From an uncultured Chloroflexia bacterium (GTDB taxonomy: Bacteria; Chloroflexota; Limnocylindria; Limnocylindrales; CSP1-4), in NCBI GenBank assembly GCA_963731995.1, contig CAVSXV010000004.1, forward strand, positions 576,973 through 640,972: 64,000 bases of DNA. Reading direction: 5' to 3'. This document shows positions 26,605-36,388 of the stretch, in pieces (within the stretch, counting starts at the first letter, position 1; every line of letters begins with the position of its first letter). Both the position numbers and the translations under genes were made by a program. A model generated the notes under the pieces. It made no database searches. It saw only the letters and a list, made by a program, of their open reading frames with translations, and was not told the origin of the DNA.

Positions 26605-27145
26605 CGCTGAGATCCTTCCGGAGTCGCTTGAGTAGTCGTTCGAGTCGACTCCGTGTGCCCGAGGGGCTGATGCCGAGCGCGGTAGCAAGTTCGTTGGAGT
26701 CGAAGCCGGCGATGTAGCGCATGGCGAGAAGGACGCGGTCATCCGGTTCGAGCCGAGCCAGCGCCGCCCAGAGGTCGATGGCAGCGACGCCTGATGCAGG
26801 GTCCTGACCTCCAGGAACTCCGGTCGGGTCGACCGCGATCTCGATCCCAGAGCGTCGCCGACGCTTGCGCAGGACCCGTTTCGCCTCGTTTGCCGCGACG
26901 GAAACCAGCCAGGGTCGCAGGTGTGCCTCGTCACGCACGTCGCCGATCTTGTTCCACGCTCGCAGCCACGCTGCCTGTGTCGCTTCCTCGGCGAGTGTCC
27001 GGTCACCAGCGACATAGGTCGCGACGCGACGCATGTCCTCGTGGTGATCCGAGATGATCGTGCGGAAGGCGACTTCGTCCCCGGCAGCGGCAGCCGCAAG
27101 CACGCCTGCGCTATGTCGGTCAGCCATCCGCGTCATAGCCTCCAT
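26597..27145 (-). CDS. ECF (group 4) sigma-70 family factor
   Basis: Region 2 reads 'EEATQAAWLRAWNKIGDVRDEAHLRPWLVSVAANEAKRVLRKRRR'. Region 4 reads 'LLAMRYIAGFDSNELATALGISPSGTRSRLERLLKRLR'. Confidence 0.85.
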   Translation of the reverse strand: MEAMTRMADRHSAGVLAAAAAGDEVAFRTIISDHHEDMRRVATYVAGDRTLAEEATQAAWLRAWNKIGDVRDEAHLRPWLVSVAANEAKRVLRKRRRRSGIEIAVDPTGVPGGQDPASGVAAIDLWAALARLEPDDRVLLAMRYIAGFDSNELATALGISPSGTRSRLERLLKRLRKDLSDG

Positions 27146-27480
27146 GCCTCATAGAAACCTGGGAGGGGGCTTCTGTCTCAGGAGGCGGCAACTATCACAG
27201 GGCTGGGAACCTCACTGCTCGTCCACCACCCCCGCCGCGATCTCGCTCACGTACGGCTCGCGCGGTCAGCACCGCCTCCCGCGGCGTGTCGCCCACGCCC
27301 ACGTCCCGTGACTCTCCGGCGGGGTCAGCAGTCGCTAGGTCGCGCCCGTCGCGCTCGGCGGGTGCAGTCGCAGGTGCTCACTATCTGGTGATGGTGTCGG
27401 CCAGACCAGCAAACCCGGCAGAGATGCCTTCTTGTTCGCTCCCACCAAATGCTGGTTGCGGCCGCAACTATCATGACTGA

Positions 27481-28302
27481 ATGGATGACCCGAAACACCC
27501 GGGCGTGCTCGCTGACCACGATGCCAGTGGACCCATCCCTACCCTCTTCCTCGGCCACGGCGCACCGCCTCTCCTCGAGGATACGGCGTGGATGGCCGAA
27601 CTCCGAGGCTGGGCCGAGCAGCTTCCGCGGCCCAAGCAGATCCTCATCGTCTCGGCGCACTGGGAGAACGCCCCGGTAGCCATCAGCTCGACCCGACGCG
27701 TCCCGCTCGTCTATGACTTCTACGGGTTCCCCGAGCACTACTACCGCATGACGTACGACGCACCTGGGGCGCCAGGGCTGGCCACGGATGTCCGCAAACT
27801 GATGCCGACAGGCGAGCCGGTGCAGGAGTTCGAAGCTCGCGGTCTCGATCACGGGGCCTGGGTCCCACTCAAGGCCATGTATCCGGAAGCGGACGTCCCG
27901 GTGCTGCAGATGTCCATGCCGGACCTCGACCCGGCCCATCTCTTCGAGCTCGGGCGACGGCTGGCACCGCTGCGGGACGAGGGCACGCTCATCGTCGGAT
28001 CGGGCTTCATGACCCATGGCCTGCCCTTCATCCACGAGTACATGGGCCACACCCATGACGCGCCGGCATGGTCGCTGGAGTTCGACCGCTGGGCCGCCGA
28101 GGCGCTCGAGCGCGGAGACCTCGACGAGCTGCTCGCCTTCAGGGAACGGGCGCCCGGCATGCCGTATGCGCACCCGACCGTCGAGCACTTCGCTCCGCTC
28201 TTCGTCACGCTGGGCGCCTCGACGAGGGCGGACGAAGCCCCGGAGACCACGATCGAGGGTTTCTGGTGGGGCTTGTCCAAGAGGGCCTTCCAGACCGGCT
28301 GA
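27481..28302 (+). CDS. class III extradiol dioxygenase (LigB/YgiD, 4,5-DOPA dioxygenase-like)
   Basis: 'LFLGHGAPPLL', 'ILIVSAHWE', 'DHGAWVPL' and 'GSGFMTHGL' motifs are present. Length is 273 aa. Confidence 0.75.
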   Translation: MDDPKHPGVLADHDASGPIPTLFLGHGAPPLLEDTAWMAELRGWAEQLPRPKQILIVSAHWENAPVAISSTRRVPLVYDFYGFPEHYYRMTYDAPGAPGLATDVRKLMPTGEPVQEFEARGLDHGAWVPLKAMYPEADVPVLQMSMPDLDPAHLFELGRRLAPLRDEGTLIVGSGFMTHGLPFIHEYMGHTHDAPAWSLEFDRWAAEALERGDLDELLAFRERAPGMPYAHPTVEHFAPLFVTLGASTRADEAPETTIEGFWWGLSKRAFQTG

Positions 28303-28693
28303 TCTCGCCCCGGAACGACAGGACCGCCAGACGATTGGGCCATCGTGCGGGTGAGTACAGCGGGATATCGGAGCGCCGTCGTCATCGACCCGTCACCCGA
28401 CCGTCTACAGGACGTCACGACATGACGGCAGGCTGAGCGTCGTCGCCAGTCAGGCACCGGTGGGTCACCCCGCCCGGTGCCGGACGAGCCCAGGCATGAC
28501 TCCCGGCTGGCGATGACGGTAGGCGTCGTGCGTCGAGTGAAGGGATCCCGCCCCGCGAGACGGAGCCACGAGCACGTACACCCCACCATCGGTTCGCAGA
28601 TCGTGAGCCAGGGCTTGTCCGATTCCCGGGGTGACGTGGCTGACGCACTGGGGGGACGTCAGTCGCCGGCGATGCCCCCCAAGGAGGAATCCC

Positions 28694-29215
28694 ATGGGTC
28701 AGAAGAGACTGACCATCCTCGCGAGCCTGGTCATGGCCATCGTGGCCATGCCGCTCGCTGCTTCGGTGGCCGCCGCGGGCGGACCAACCACCAACAACGG
28801 CTGGTTCGACGGCCACCAGATCTACTACCTCGACCAAGGCGTGGAGAAGAAGGCCCACCGCGCGAACGTGGCGGACATCTTCCTCATCGGCGGCAACCGC
28901 ACGTACCAGGCCAACGTCGTCGACTCGGTCCCCGGCGTCAAGGGCTACTCCCCGCACTGGGACGTCAACATCGTCACCACCGCGGACGGGGTGACGCTGG
29001 CTGACATCCTGGCCTCTCCCTACGCCTCGAGCAGCTATCCGACGGCGCTGTTCGACAGCGTCCCGGACATCCGCGGTGCCGAGGCCGCGGGCCTGGTCAC
29101 CATCGACGAGCCCGGCGTGCTCGTGCTCTGCCCGATCGTCAACGTGAAGGCGGCGGACGCACCCGGCCACACCCCGGCGTCGGAGGTCTTCCCGACGTTC
29201 CCGGACACCTTCTAG
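28694..29215 (+). CDS. secreted hypothetical protein
   Basis: AAGGAGGA precedes ATG 28694. Signal peptide 'MGQKRLTILASLVMAIVAMPLAASVAAA'. No family was recognised. Confidence 0.6.
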   Translation: MGQKRLTILASLVMAIVAMPLAASVAAAGGPTTNNGWFDGHQIYYLDQGVEKKAHRANVADIFLIGGNRTYQANVVDSVPGVKGYSPHWDVNIVTTADGVTLADILASPYASSSYPTALFDSVPDIRGAEAAGLVTIDEPGVLVLCPIVNVKAADAPGHTPASEVFPTFPDTF

Positions 29216-29227
29216 GCCAGAACCGAT

Positions 29228-29259
29228 CGAGCGGGTCGCATCGAATCGCGGCCCGCTCG
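29228..29259. terminator. hairpin between convergent genes
   Basis: 'cgagcggg' (29228-29235) pairs with 'cccgctcg' (29252-29259). There is no clear U-tract. Confidence 0.35.
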
Positions 29260-29458
29260 GTCGCTCTGAACTCCGTTGGAGATGATGCCTCCGACCGGAT
29301 GGCTGGACCAGGCCCGGCCGGAACCTCCGTCGAGGGACGAACGACGTCGTCACGATGCAGCAATGGTGTGGGACGGTAGCTCGGCTGGTGTGGCGCGGCC
29401 GCATGAGCCGAAGCCCCCGTGGAGGATGGCCGATGGCAATCGGGTGTTCGTCGACCGG

Positions 29459-29830
29459 CTAATCGTTCGCGGTGAAGCAGACGGCGTAGGCGTAGAGGAC
29501 CGAGTCATCCGTCGAGGTCTGGATCCAGGAGATGCGCCAGGCGTAGATGCCATCTGGACGTGACTCGGTGACGTGGAGACCCGAACCGACATGACTGAAG
29601 CCGCCCGCCACCACCTGGCCGGCGGGGCACTCCTCGCGGAGCGAACCCCGCACACCGGGGATGCCCTCCACCACGACGCTGTGGTGCGTCGTGAGGTCGA
29701 GAGCGCTCCTTCGGGCGGGCTCGAGCGCATCCGGTGCGTCATCGAAGGCGAGTGCTTCGCCGAACCCGAGCCAGAGGCTCAGGGTCAGGACGGCCAGCAA
29801 GGACGTGCGGGCGATGGTGGGCGTTCCCAT
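29459..29830 (-). CDS. small secreted hypothetical protein
   Basis: ATG 29830 follows GGAGGAGG. Signal peptide 'MGTPTIARTSLLAVLTLSLWLGFGEALA'. Two Cys residues are present (CPAGQVVAGGF...AVCF). Confidence 0.55.
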   Translation of the reverse strand: MGTPTIARTSLLAVLTLSLWLGFGEALAFDDAPDALEPARRSALDLTTHHSVVVEGIPGVRGSLREECPAGQVVAGGFSHVGSGLHVTESRPDGIYAWRISWIQTSTDDSVLYAYAVCFTAND

Positions 29831-30374
29831 TCGAGACCTCCTCCCCCCGGGCGTGACCGTGCCGTCGGTCGGGGTGCCAAGGCAGCGAGCCAGGCGCGCG
29901 AACCCTACGCCGTGCCCACAGCTCGTGTCCACAACATCGGAGATCGGGAAGTGCAGTCTTCGCTTCGATTGCTCGCCATCCGGTGATGGTGTGCACGAGG
30001 TGAGCCCGGCTTCCATCCCTGCCTCTTCGCCAGTGGCCATGCGGGCACGATCGGACAGGCAGGGCGGTGGGGCTCGGCATCGGCTGCTCTGCGCAGTAGC
30101 GGGATGAAGGCCCCGACTGGATTCTCGGCGAGGCGCTCCCAGGACACGATGACTGCCCACGCCTGACAGGAGAAGAGGCCCACCCCTCGCGGGACGGGCC
30201 TCGGTACACCAAGCCCTAGCCTTCTACAGGCGGGCCGGCGGATGTGTCGTCCTGATGCGCCGACCAGGAGTTCGTCACGCAGCATCGGATGGCCACGCGC
30301 GACCGGCTCGCGCGCGCCAGCCAGGTGGTCTTCGCGGCCTACCGCGCGACGCCTTATCCTCAGCGATCTGATGG

Positions 30375-30779
30375 ATGTGGCAGATGCAAGCGGGAATCAC
30401 GATCCTCAGCGGACTCGAAGGGGAGTACGAAGGCTGGGAGCCGGGCAGGGCCTGGTCCCGAGCGGTCGCGATGGGGGAGGTGGCCGAGCGACTCGGCTTC
30501 GCCTACGCCTGGGTGCCGGACCACCTGCGAGTCGTACACGGACCTGACGCGGCCCCCACCTTCGAGGCCTTCGGCCTCCTTTCGGCCATCGCCGCCCGCA
30601 CCACGCGCGTCCGCCTGGGCCCAGGCGTCGCGTGTGCCGGGTTTCGTAACCCGGCAATGCTGGTGAAGATGGCCATGACCCTCGATGTCGCCTCCGGCGG
30701 CCGTGTCGACCTGGCCCTCGGCGCCGGGTGGCTTGAGGTCGAGTGGCGCTCCTACGGTGGACGCGAAACCCAGATGTGA
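30375..30779 (+). pseudogene. luciferase-like monooxygenase (LLM), N-terminal fragment only
   Basis: 'LGFAYAWVPDHL', 'RVRLGPGVACAGFRNPAMLVKMAMTLDVASGGRVDLALGAGW' resemble the intact LLM at 46364..47305. The ORF stops after about 130 aa, against about 310 aa for the intact gene. Confidence 0.6.
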
Positions 30780-30796
30780 CTTTGTGGTACTCGCCC

Positions 30797-30901
30797 TCAG
30801 TCGGCGAGCGCGTCACCCTCCATCAGGTCCCTGAGGTTGTCGAGGTCGTTCTGGAACTGGCGCTTGGCGGCGGAGGTGAAGAGCGGCCCGAGGACCTCCG
30901 T
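30797..30901 (-). pseudogene. 34-codon C-terminal gene fragment (family not assigned)
   Basis: The minus frame reads 'TEVLGPLFTSAAKRQFQNDLDNLRDLMEGDALAD*' and is bounded upstream by an in-frame TAG. Composition is coding-like but no start is present. Confidence 0.3.
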
Positions 30902-31153
30902 CTACGGCGAAACCCCCCGTGGCCGGGAGTATTACGGGGCGCCATGGGAAGCCTCGTGCCCACTGGCCCCTTCTTCGTGTCCGCTGTGTCCGGTCTCTCC
31001 GTGGGCAGTAAGAACTAGACGTGAAACCCAAGCCACCATGGCGAGGTCGTGCGGGTGTCCCTGCGACAGACGGCAGGCCAACGAGTCTCTTTCTGGGGGC
31101 TATGGACCTCAAGCGGCGATGGTGTCCACTCGCATGGCCACCGACTACGACGA

Positions 31154-32089
31154 TCAGCCCGCCACTGTCTCGCCGGCGAAGGCGCCCGTGAAGAAGTCCA
31201 CGAGCGAGCCATGCAGGAGCTCGTCGACCTCAGGCTGGTACGAGTAGAAGCCGTAGCCGTGATCGGCCTCGGGGATCGTCACGAGTTCGGTGCTAGCGGC
31301 CGAACCCTCAGTCGCAGCGAGGTAGGCCTCCACCTCGCCATACGGGATGATCTGCTCGGCCTCGCCCCACAGGATGAGCACCGGACCCGAGAAGGATCCG
31401 ATATCGCCTGCTGGGTCGGCCGCCATCGTCTCGTCGAAATACTGCAGGCTCGTGGACTGGACCTCGCCGAACGGGGTGGTGACGTCGGCGGAGCCGTTGG
31501 CCTTCGCCTCCTCGTAATAGGCAGCGAACGCGTCGGGACCACCGAAGTACGACCGCAGCACTTCCCTGGGCTGCGCCACCGGCCCCACCAAGGCGATGGC
31601 CTGATACGGGGTATCCGGCTTGCCGGCCTCCATGGCCACGACCGCGGAGCCCTCGCTGTAGCCGAAGGCGCCGATGCGGTCCGCGTCGACGGGCAGGTTC
31701 TCGACCGCGTAGTCCAACGCAGCCTCCGAGTCGGCGAGCATCGTGGTGTAGGAGAGCTCGGTGAACGGCTCCTGGCTGTCCCCGGCTCCCGCGAAATCGA
31801 AGCGGATGCTGATGATGCCGGCCTGCGCCAAGGCATCGGCCACACGGGCCAGACCACCATTCTCGTTGCGGCCTCCCCCGTGCCCGTGGTGGATGACCAC
31901 GAGTGGGAACGTCTCGTCAGCCTCGGCGACCGGGGCCACTACCGTGGCGGGGATCTCGATGCCACGCGACGGGATCTGTAGCTCGGTGGATGTGACCTCA
32001 TACTCCTTGTCGCTCGCAGCAACGGCCGGGCCGGCGGCGATGGCTAGCAGCGCCAGGGCCATGACCACGATGGCAGCAGACTTCTTCAT
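31154..32089 (-). CDS. secreted alpha/beta hydrolase
   Basis: Signal peptide 'MKKSAAIVVMALALLAIAAGPAVAA'. Also 'LVVIHHGHGGGRNE' and nucleophile elbow 'GAFGYSEGSAV'. AGGAGG precedes ATG 32089. Confidence 0.7.
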   Translation of the reverse strand: MKKSAAIVVMALALLAIAAGPAVAASDKEYEVTSTELQIPSRGIEIPATVVAPVAEADETFPLVVIHHGHGGGRNENGGLARVADALAQAGIISIRFDFAGAGDSQEPFTELSYTTMLADSEAALDYAVENLPVDADRIGAFGYSEGSAVVAMEAGKPDTPYQAIALVGPVAQPREVLRSYFGGPDAFAAYYEEAKANGSADVTTPFGEVQSTSLQYFDETMAADPAGDIGSFSGPVLILWGEAEQIIPYGEVEAYLAATEGSAASTELVTIPEADHGYGFYSYQPEVDELLHGSLVDFFTGAFAGETVAG

Positions 32090-32302
32090 GGCGGGAACCT
32101 CCTGACTCGGCGTGGATGGGGACCAACGTCTTCGCACTCTGCCTGGCATCGAGGGGGCCAATCCCGGGTTTCACACGTGACTTCAGGACTATCACCACAT
32201 CGTGTGGTCCCAGTCCCTCCCGGCCGGAGAGCCTCGGCACCCGTTTGACGGACGGGGTCGTTAAGGGCAGGGTACGCGTTTGCCATCAGGAGGACCTCGC
32301 CC

Positions 32303-32614
32303 ATGTTGACGTTGACCCCGGCCGCTGCTGCGGCCCTATCCGCGGCCCGATCCCAGACAGGAGCACCAGAGAGCTACGGCGTCCGCTTCTCGGCTCCGGA
32401 CGCCGCCCCATCGGAGCCGGCGCATCTGACGCTCGACTTCGTCGAGTCGCCGCAGGCCGATGACGCCGTGAGCGAGGAGGGCGGACTCATGACGTACGTG
32501 GCACCTGAGGTGGAGGGGCTCGTCGGCGACGCTGTCGTCGACGTCGAGACGGACGGCCAGCAGTCGGGCCTCGTCATCCGGCACCAGCCGCCGACCGACG
32601 GCGGAGTCGCGTAG
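32303..32614 (+). CDS. HesB/IscA-like protein lacking the cluster-ligand cysteines
   Basis: 'MLTLTPAAAAALSAARSQ...YGVRFS...LTLDFVESPQADD' follows the HesB-type fold pattern. There is no Cys in the 103 aa. AGGAGGA precedes the ATG. Confidence 0.5.
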   Translation: MLTLTPAAAAALSAARSQTGAPESYGVRFSAPDAAPSEPAHLTLDFVESPQADDAVSEEGGLMTYVAPEVEGLVGDAVVDVETDGQQSGLVIRHQPPTDGGVA

Positions 32615-32828
32615 CCGCGACGATCTCGAGACGACTCCCCGGCGCCCAGCGCCCGCACCATCGGCGCATCGTGTCGCTGCAGGACTTGACCGCATGACGC
32701 TATGCCAATGGTCGGGGCGAGAGGGGTAGCGCCAGCTTGGCCCACCTGGGATTGCCGACCTCGATTCGTGATCGAAACGTGACCCTGGCGGCGAGATCGT
32801 GGCCCAGTGGGTACCGGAAGGTCGGCTG

Positions 32829-33317
32829 ATGGCGAAGCAGCGACCGACGCGACGGCAGCTCCTGCGTGCCTACATCCGCCCCGGCTCGGTGGCAGCCGCA
32901 GCGTTCGAGCGCGACATCAGCGAGACGACGGTGCGGCAACACCTCTCGGGGCTGTATCGCCATCCGCCACCCACGTGCGAGGGCTTCCTCTGGGTTTGGG
33001 ATGCCGTGCGCATGAGTCTGGCGATCATCGAGCGCGTCATTGACGCTGGTCGCCGATGCCCAGTTCTGCGCTACGGAGAGACCACAGTGATATCGAGTGG
33101 GCTCGACGAGCACATACATGATCCGCTCAGCTATCGGCGCAGGCCTGATGACCGCATCAGGCGCTCTACGACCGCGTCACCCGGCCGTCGGTGGCGAGCA
33201 GATGGCGACGCAGCCGGGCTCACAAACCCGCTGCCATCTCGCTCGGGTACGGCTGGCCCAGGCACCGTAGCGCGGCCCTCGCCGCCTGCTGCGGCGTATC
33301 GCCGACAGCGACGGTGA
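32829..33317 (+). CDS. possible LuxR/GerE-like HTH ORF, probably decayed
   Basis: 'RRQLLRAYIRPGSVAAAAFERDISETTVRQHLSGLYR' looks like a GerE-type HTH. The downstream sequence has no recognisable features. Confidence 0.3.
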   Translation: MAKQRPTRRQLLRAYIRPGSVAAAAFERDISETTVRQHLSGLYRHPPPTCEGFLWVWDAVRMSLAIIERVIDAGRRCPVLRYGETTVISSGLDEHIHDPLSYRRRPDDRIRRSTTASPGRRWRADGDAAGLTNPLPSRSGTAGPGTVARPSPPAAAYRRQRR

Positions 33318-33531
33318 AGCTTGGACGGCGCGCATCACGATGAACCCGCATACCGCGATGACAGCGCAGGGCCGACCCCGGCCACGCTAGCCCCGCAGAC
33401 GGACATCGATCCAGAAGTCGAGAGGGCGGGTCAGGCGCAGGTGCCGCATGCCTGTCATCGTACTGAACCCGACGCACAGCAAGGGAGCATGGACTAGTGG
33501 GCCGAGCGGTGGACGCCTTGAGACGAGCGCG

Positions 33532-34206
33532 ATGACCGTCGTGGCGGGCATCGATGGCTACCGCCGTGGCTGGGTCGCCATCGTGCTCGTCGAGGGACGC
33601 TTCGAAGCCGCCCTTGCGAAGCCTGACCTCGCCGCCCTCGTGGCTCGGCTCGGGAACGCCTGGACCATCGGCGTCGACATCCCTATCGGTCTGCCGGAGC
33701 GAGGACCACGCTCCGCGGACATCGAAGCACGGCGCTTCGTGGGTCCGCGTCGCAGCAGCGTGTTCCCGACCCTGCCTCGAGCCGTCTGGGAGGCACCTGA
33801 CCTCGTGGCTGCTCGCCAGCTCAACCGCGAGCTCAACGGTCGCTCCGTTTCGGCGCAGACCTTCGCCCTCCGGGACAAGGTCCTCGAAGCTGATGCTTTG
33901 GCGCGGTCCGACCCTCGTATCCGGGAAGCGCACCCGGAGGTCTCCTTCCGGGCCATCGCCGGCCAGCCGCTGGCGTCGTCCAAGTCCTCGTGGGCAGGGA
34001 TCTCGCTGCGGCGCGGGCTCCTGCTCGGTGTCGGCATCGAGCTACCCGATGAGCTGGGTGAGGCTGGGGCGGCCGGCATCGACGACATCAACGACGCGGC
34101 GGTGGTGGCCTGGACGGCCGGTCGCATCGCGACCGGTGAAGCCCAGTCGTTCCCTGCCGTGCCGGTGCCCGGTCCCGACGGGATCGCTGCCGCCATCTGG
34201 TACTAG
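33532..34206 (+). CDS. DUF429 family protein (predicted RNase H-like fold)
   Basis: 'VAGIDGYRRGWVAIVL' and 'IGVDIPIGLPERGPRSADIEARRFVGPRRSSVF' are present. ATG 33532 was chosen inside ORF 33448..34206. Confidence 0.65.
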   Translation: MTVVAGIDGYRRGWVAIVLVEGRFEAALAKPDLAALVARLGNAWTIGVDIPIGLPERGPRSADIEARRFVGPRRSSVFPTLPRAVWEAPDLVAARQLNRELNGRSVSAQTFALRDKVLEADALARSDPRIREAHPEVSFRAIAGQPLASSKSSWAGISLRRGLLLGVGIELPDELGEAGAAGIDDINDAAVVAWTAGRIATGEAQSFPAVPVPGPDGIAAAIWY

Positions 34207-34387
34207 GACCTGTCGCCGGGACCCGCACCACGCATCCATCGTGGCCGGGCTCGCCTCGACGGACAGGTCGTCTAGCAGCGCTTGCGCTGTGGCGGCATCG
34301 CACAGTCCACTGGGACGACGGCTGCTCGCTGAGGCGCATCTAGTACGGCCGGATATTCCCAGACCTCCGCCTCACAGGCCCTGCCGA

Positions 34388-34668
34388 CTATCGATCCGGG
34401 GTGATGACGTAGACCCCGGGGTGCTTTCGATTCCGGTTGGTGCCGAAGGCCCAGATCTCGCCCGTGGGTGTGATAGCCACCGGGCGGAGACAGACGCCGT
34501 CGAGATAGCGGGTCAGCTGCTCCCCGTCGAGCTTGGCGTAGCCCCCACACCCGCTGCCGCGTTTGCTGGCGTCGTCCTCGACGACGTTGACGACCGACCA
34601 GTCGCCATCCGCCTCGAGCCTTGTGGTGTGCCAGGCTCCGCGCTGCCAGATGTCGGGAGATGGCCCGG
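34388..34668 (-). pseudogene. C-terminal fragment of a beta-propeller-type protein
   Basis: It ends 'VAITPTGEIWAFGTNRNRKHPGVYVITPDR*', similar in style to the C-terminus of the 25300..26604 protein ('GSAWAVKDSGLYVIKPEA'). No start codon lies before the upstream gene's stop at 34669. Confidence 0.3.
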
Positions 34669-34929
34669 CTACGACTCGACGAGCATGACGACCGAGTCGG
34701 CGTGGACGCCGTCGTGCTGCATGGCCTCGCTGGCGGCCTCGGAGGCCATCGCCTCCTGAAGCTTGGCTACGTCGGGAACCTCCAGGATCACCCCGGTCCG
34801 CTTCGACCCGCCAGGATCGACGAATGTCCGGACCGTGATGCCGTAGGTTCCGAAGAACGCCGCTCGCTTCGGCGAATTGAGCCAGTGATCGACGTCGTCC
34901 ACCTCGTGGAATGCGATGACGGTCGCCAT
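34669..34929 (-). CDS. small conserved-looking hypothetical protein
   Basis: GAGGAGA precedes ATG 34929. It reads 'MATVIAFHEVDDVDHWLNSPKRAAFFGTYGITVRTFVDPGGSKRTGVILEVPDVAKLQEAM'. No family name was assigned. Confidence 0.55.
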   Translation of the reverse strand: MATVIAFHEVDDVDHWLNSPKRAAFFGTYGITVRTFVDPGGSKRTGVILEVPDVAKLQEAMASEAASEAMQHDGVHADSVVMLVES

Positions 34930-35340
34930 GGTGTCTCCTCGGGCTGTCCCGCCGGGCATATCTGTGCGGCGACGAATCGGGTCCGCGCTGCTCCTCCCCT
35001 TGCCGGCGCGTGCAGCCTACCGCAACGACTCGATGTGGGGAAGATGGCGTCCTGCGCCACGATCGGCGTATCGCGATGTGCCAAGGTAACAACGACCCCG
35101 ACGCGAGCTGTGAGAACGTCGCACCTCGCTCGCCTGCGAACGCAAGCATCAGGTACGGCACCCGGTGCTCATCACCGAAGCTGGCACAGTCGTCGAAGTT
35201 GGCTGCCATGACCACGGAGTCGAGGACGTGAACCCCAGTCAGCTCGACCGAGAGCGAACCGGACTCGTACCGGTCGCCGGTCGATCCCATCTGGGCGCCG
35301 CTGCTCGTATCGCGACCGACCTGTAGCATCCTTCGACGAG

Positions 35341-36078
35341 ATGAGAAGTCGGATCCTCGCCGATCGCGCTCAAACCCCCTGCTATGAGCGCACCCTGGCG
35401 CCCGTCCTGGGAGCGCTGATCGTCGCCGTCGCGCTCATCGTGGGGGCACTCCCGGTCGCCGCTGGATCCGCCCTCTCGCCCTGGAGTGGTGGCGTCGACC
35501 TCTACCGGCCGGGCGTGTTCAGCACCCAGAAGACGTGGCACTGGTGCACCGCGGCGGACGTCCAGATCATGCGCAACATCGTCCACCACGAGACGAACCA
35601 CAAGCGAGCCCAGCAGCACCGGTTCTTCGACCACATGCGGGCCCACGATCGCTACCCGATCCCGGTACGTGACGGCGTCGACCCGGCCGGCTGGACAGCC
35701 GGCTTGCGCCACTTCGTCGACTCGCGCTATCGCCTGGTAGCAAGCCGCAGCTTCAAGGCCGCGCTGCGCTCCGCGGTACGCAACCTACGGCGCACCAACC
35801 TTCCGGTGGGGATCACCGTGGCGCACGGCAACCATGCATGGGTGCTGACCGGCTTTGAAGCCACCGCCGACCCCGCCAGGACCCACCAGTTCAGAGTCAC
35901 GAGCGTCCGTGTAACCGGGCCCTTGTGGGGCCTCCAGAGCCGTAGTTACGGCTACGACATGCATCCCGACAAGGAGCTCACGCGGAGGCAGTTCAAGCGC
36001 TTCTTCACACCATGGCACTACGCGCGGACGCGGATGGCCTGGGAGGGCCGCTGGGTATCGGTGCAACCGATCCCGTAG
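35341..36078 (+). CDS. membrane-anchored or secreted protein with papain-like cysteine peptidase motifs (C39-like)
   Basis: An N-terminal hydrophobic anchor is present. 'STQKTWHWCTAADVQIM' fits Gln...Cys and 'GNHAWVLTGF' fits His, with papain-fold spacing. Confidence 0.4.
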   Translation: MRSRILADRAQTPCYERTLAPVLGALIVAVALIVGALPVAAGSALSPWSGGVDLYRPGVFSTQKTWHWCTAADVQIMRNIVHHETNHKRAQQHRFFDHMRAHDRYPIPVRDGVDPAGWTAGLRHFVDSRYRLVASRSFKAALRSAVRNLRRTNLPVGITVAHGNHAWVLTGFEATADPARTHQFRVTSVRVTGPLWGLQSRSYGYDMHPDKELTRRQFKRFFTPWHYARTRMAWEGRWVSVQPIP

Positions 36079-36388
36079 ATGGCGAACTGCGGACGTCGTG
36101 TCCCCGCATGGGAGTGGCGAGACGACGTCCTTCCGGTTCCCTACGTTCTCGTTGCCCAAGGGCGAGGGTCATCTGCGCCGGGCGCGGCGCGAGATCACGG
36201 CTACCGTCTTGACTCCATCGACAACGAGCAGTACCGATACTGGGTCAAGGACCGCTGGGGCTTCGAACTTCACGGTGCCGAGGGCTTCGACGCCATCGGT
36301 GGACTGCTGCACACCAAGGTGGACGCCGAGAATGACGCCAGAGTGGCACCACCACTTGGTACACGAGTCGGAGGTCGGAAGAGACCTC

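Noticed and set aside
27195-27225. An ECF-type promoter ('GGGAAC...CGTC') between the sigma factor and dioxygenase genes.
   Set aside because: The spacing between GGAAC and CGTC is about 9 nt rather than 16-17 nt. The element also faces away from the ECF sigma gene.
33220-33933. 237-aa minus-strand ORF.
   Set aside because: It is antisense to the DUF429 gene, which has clear family motifs. The product has a biased Arg/Ala/Asp composition.
36079-36388. ORFs 36079..36555 and 36098..36574 downstream of the peptidase-like gene.
   Set aside because: A coding-like stretch exists at about 36200-36345. However, it needs a frame switch, has no recognisable family, loses GC3 bias after about 36345 and runs antisense into the membrane-protein gene. 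It is left uncalled.
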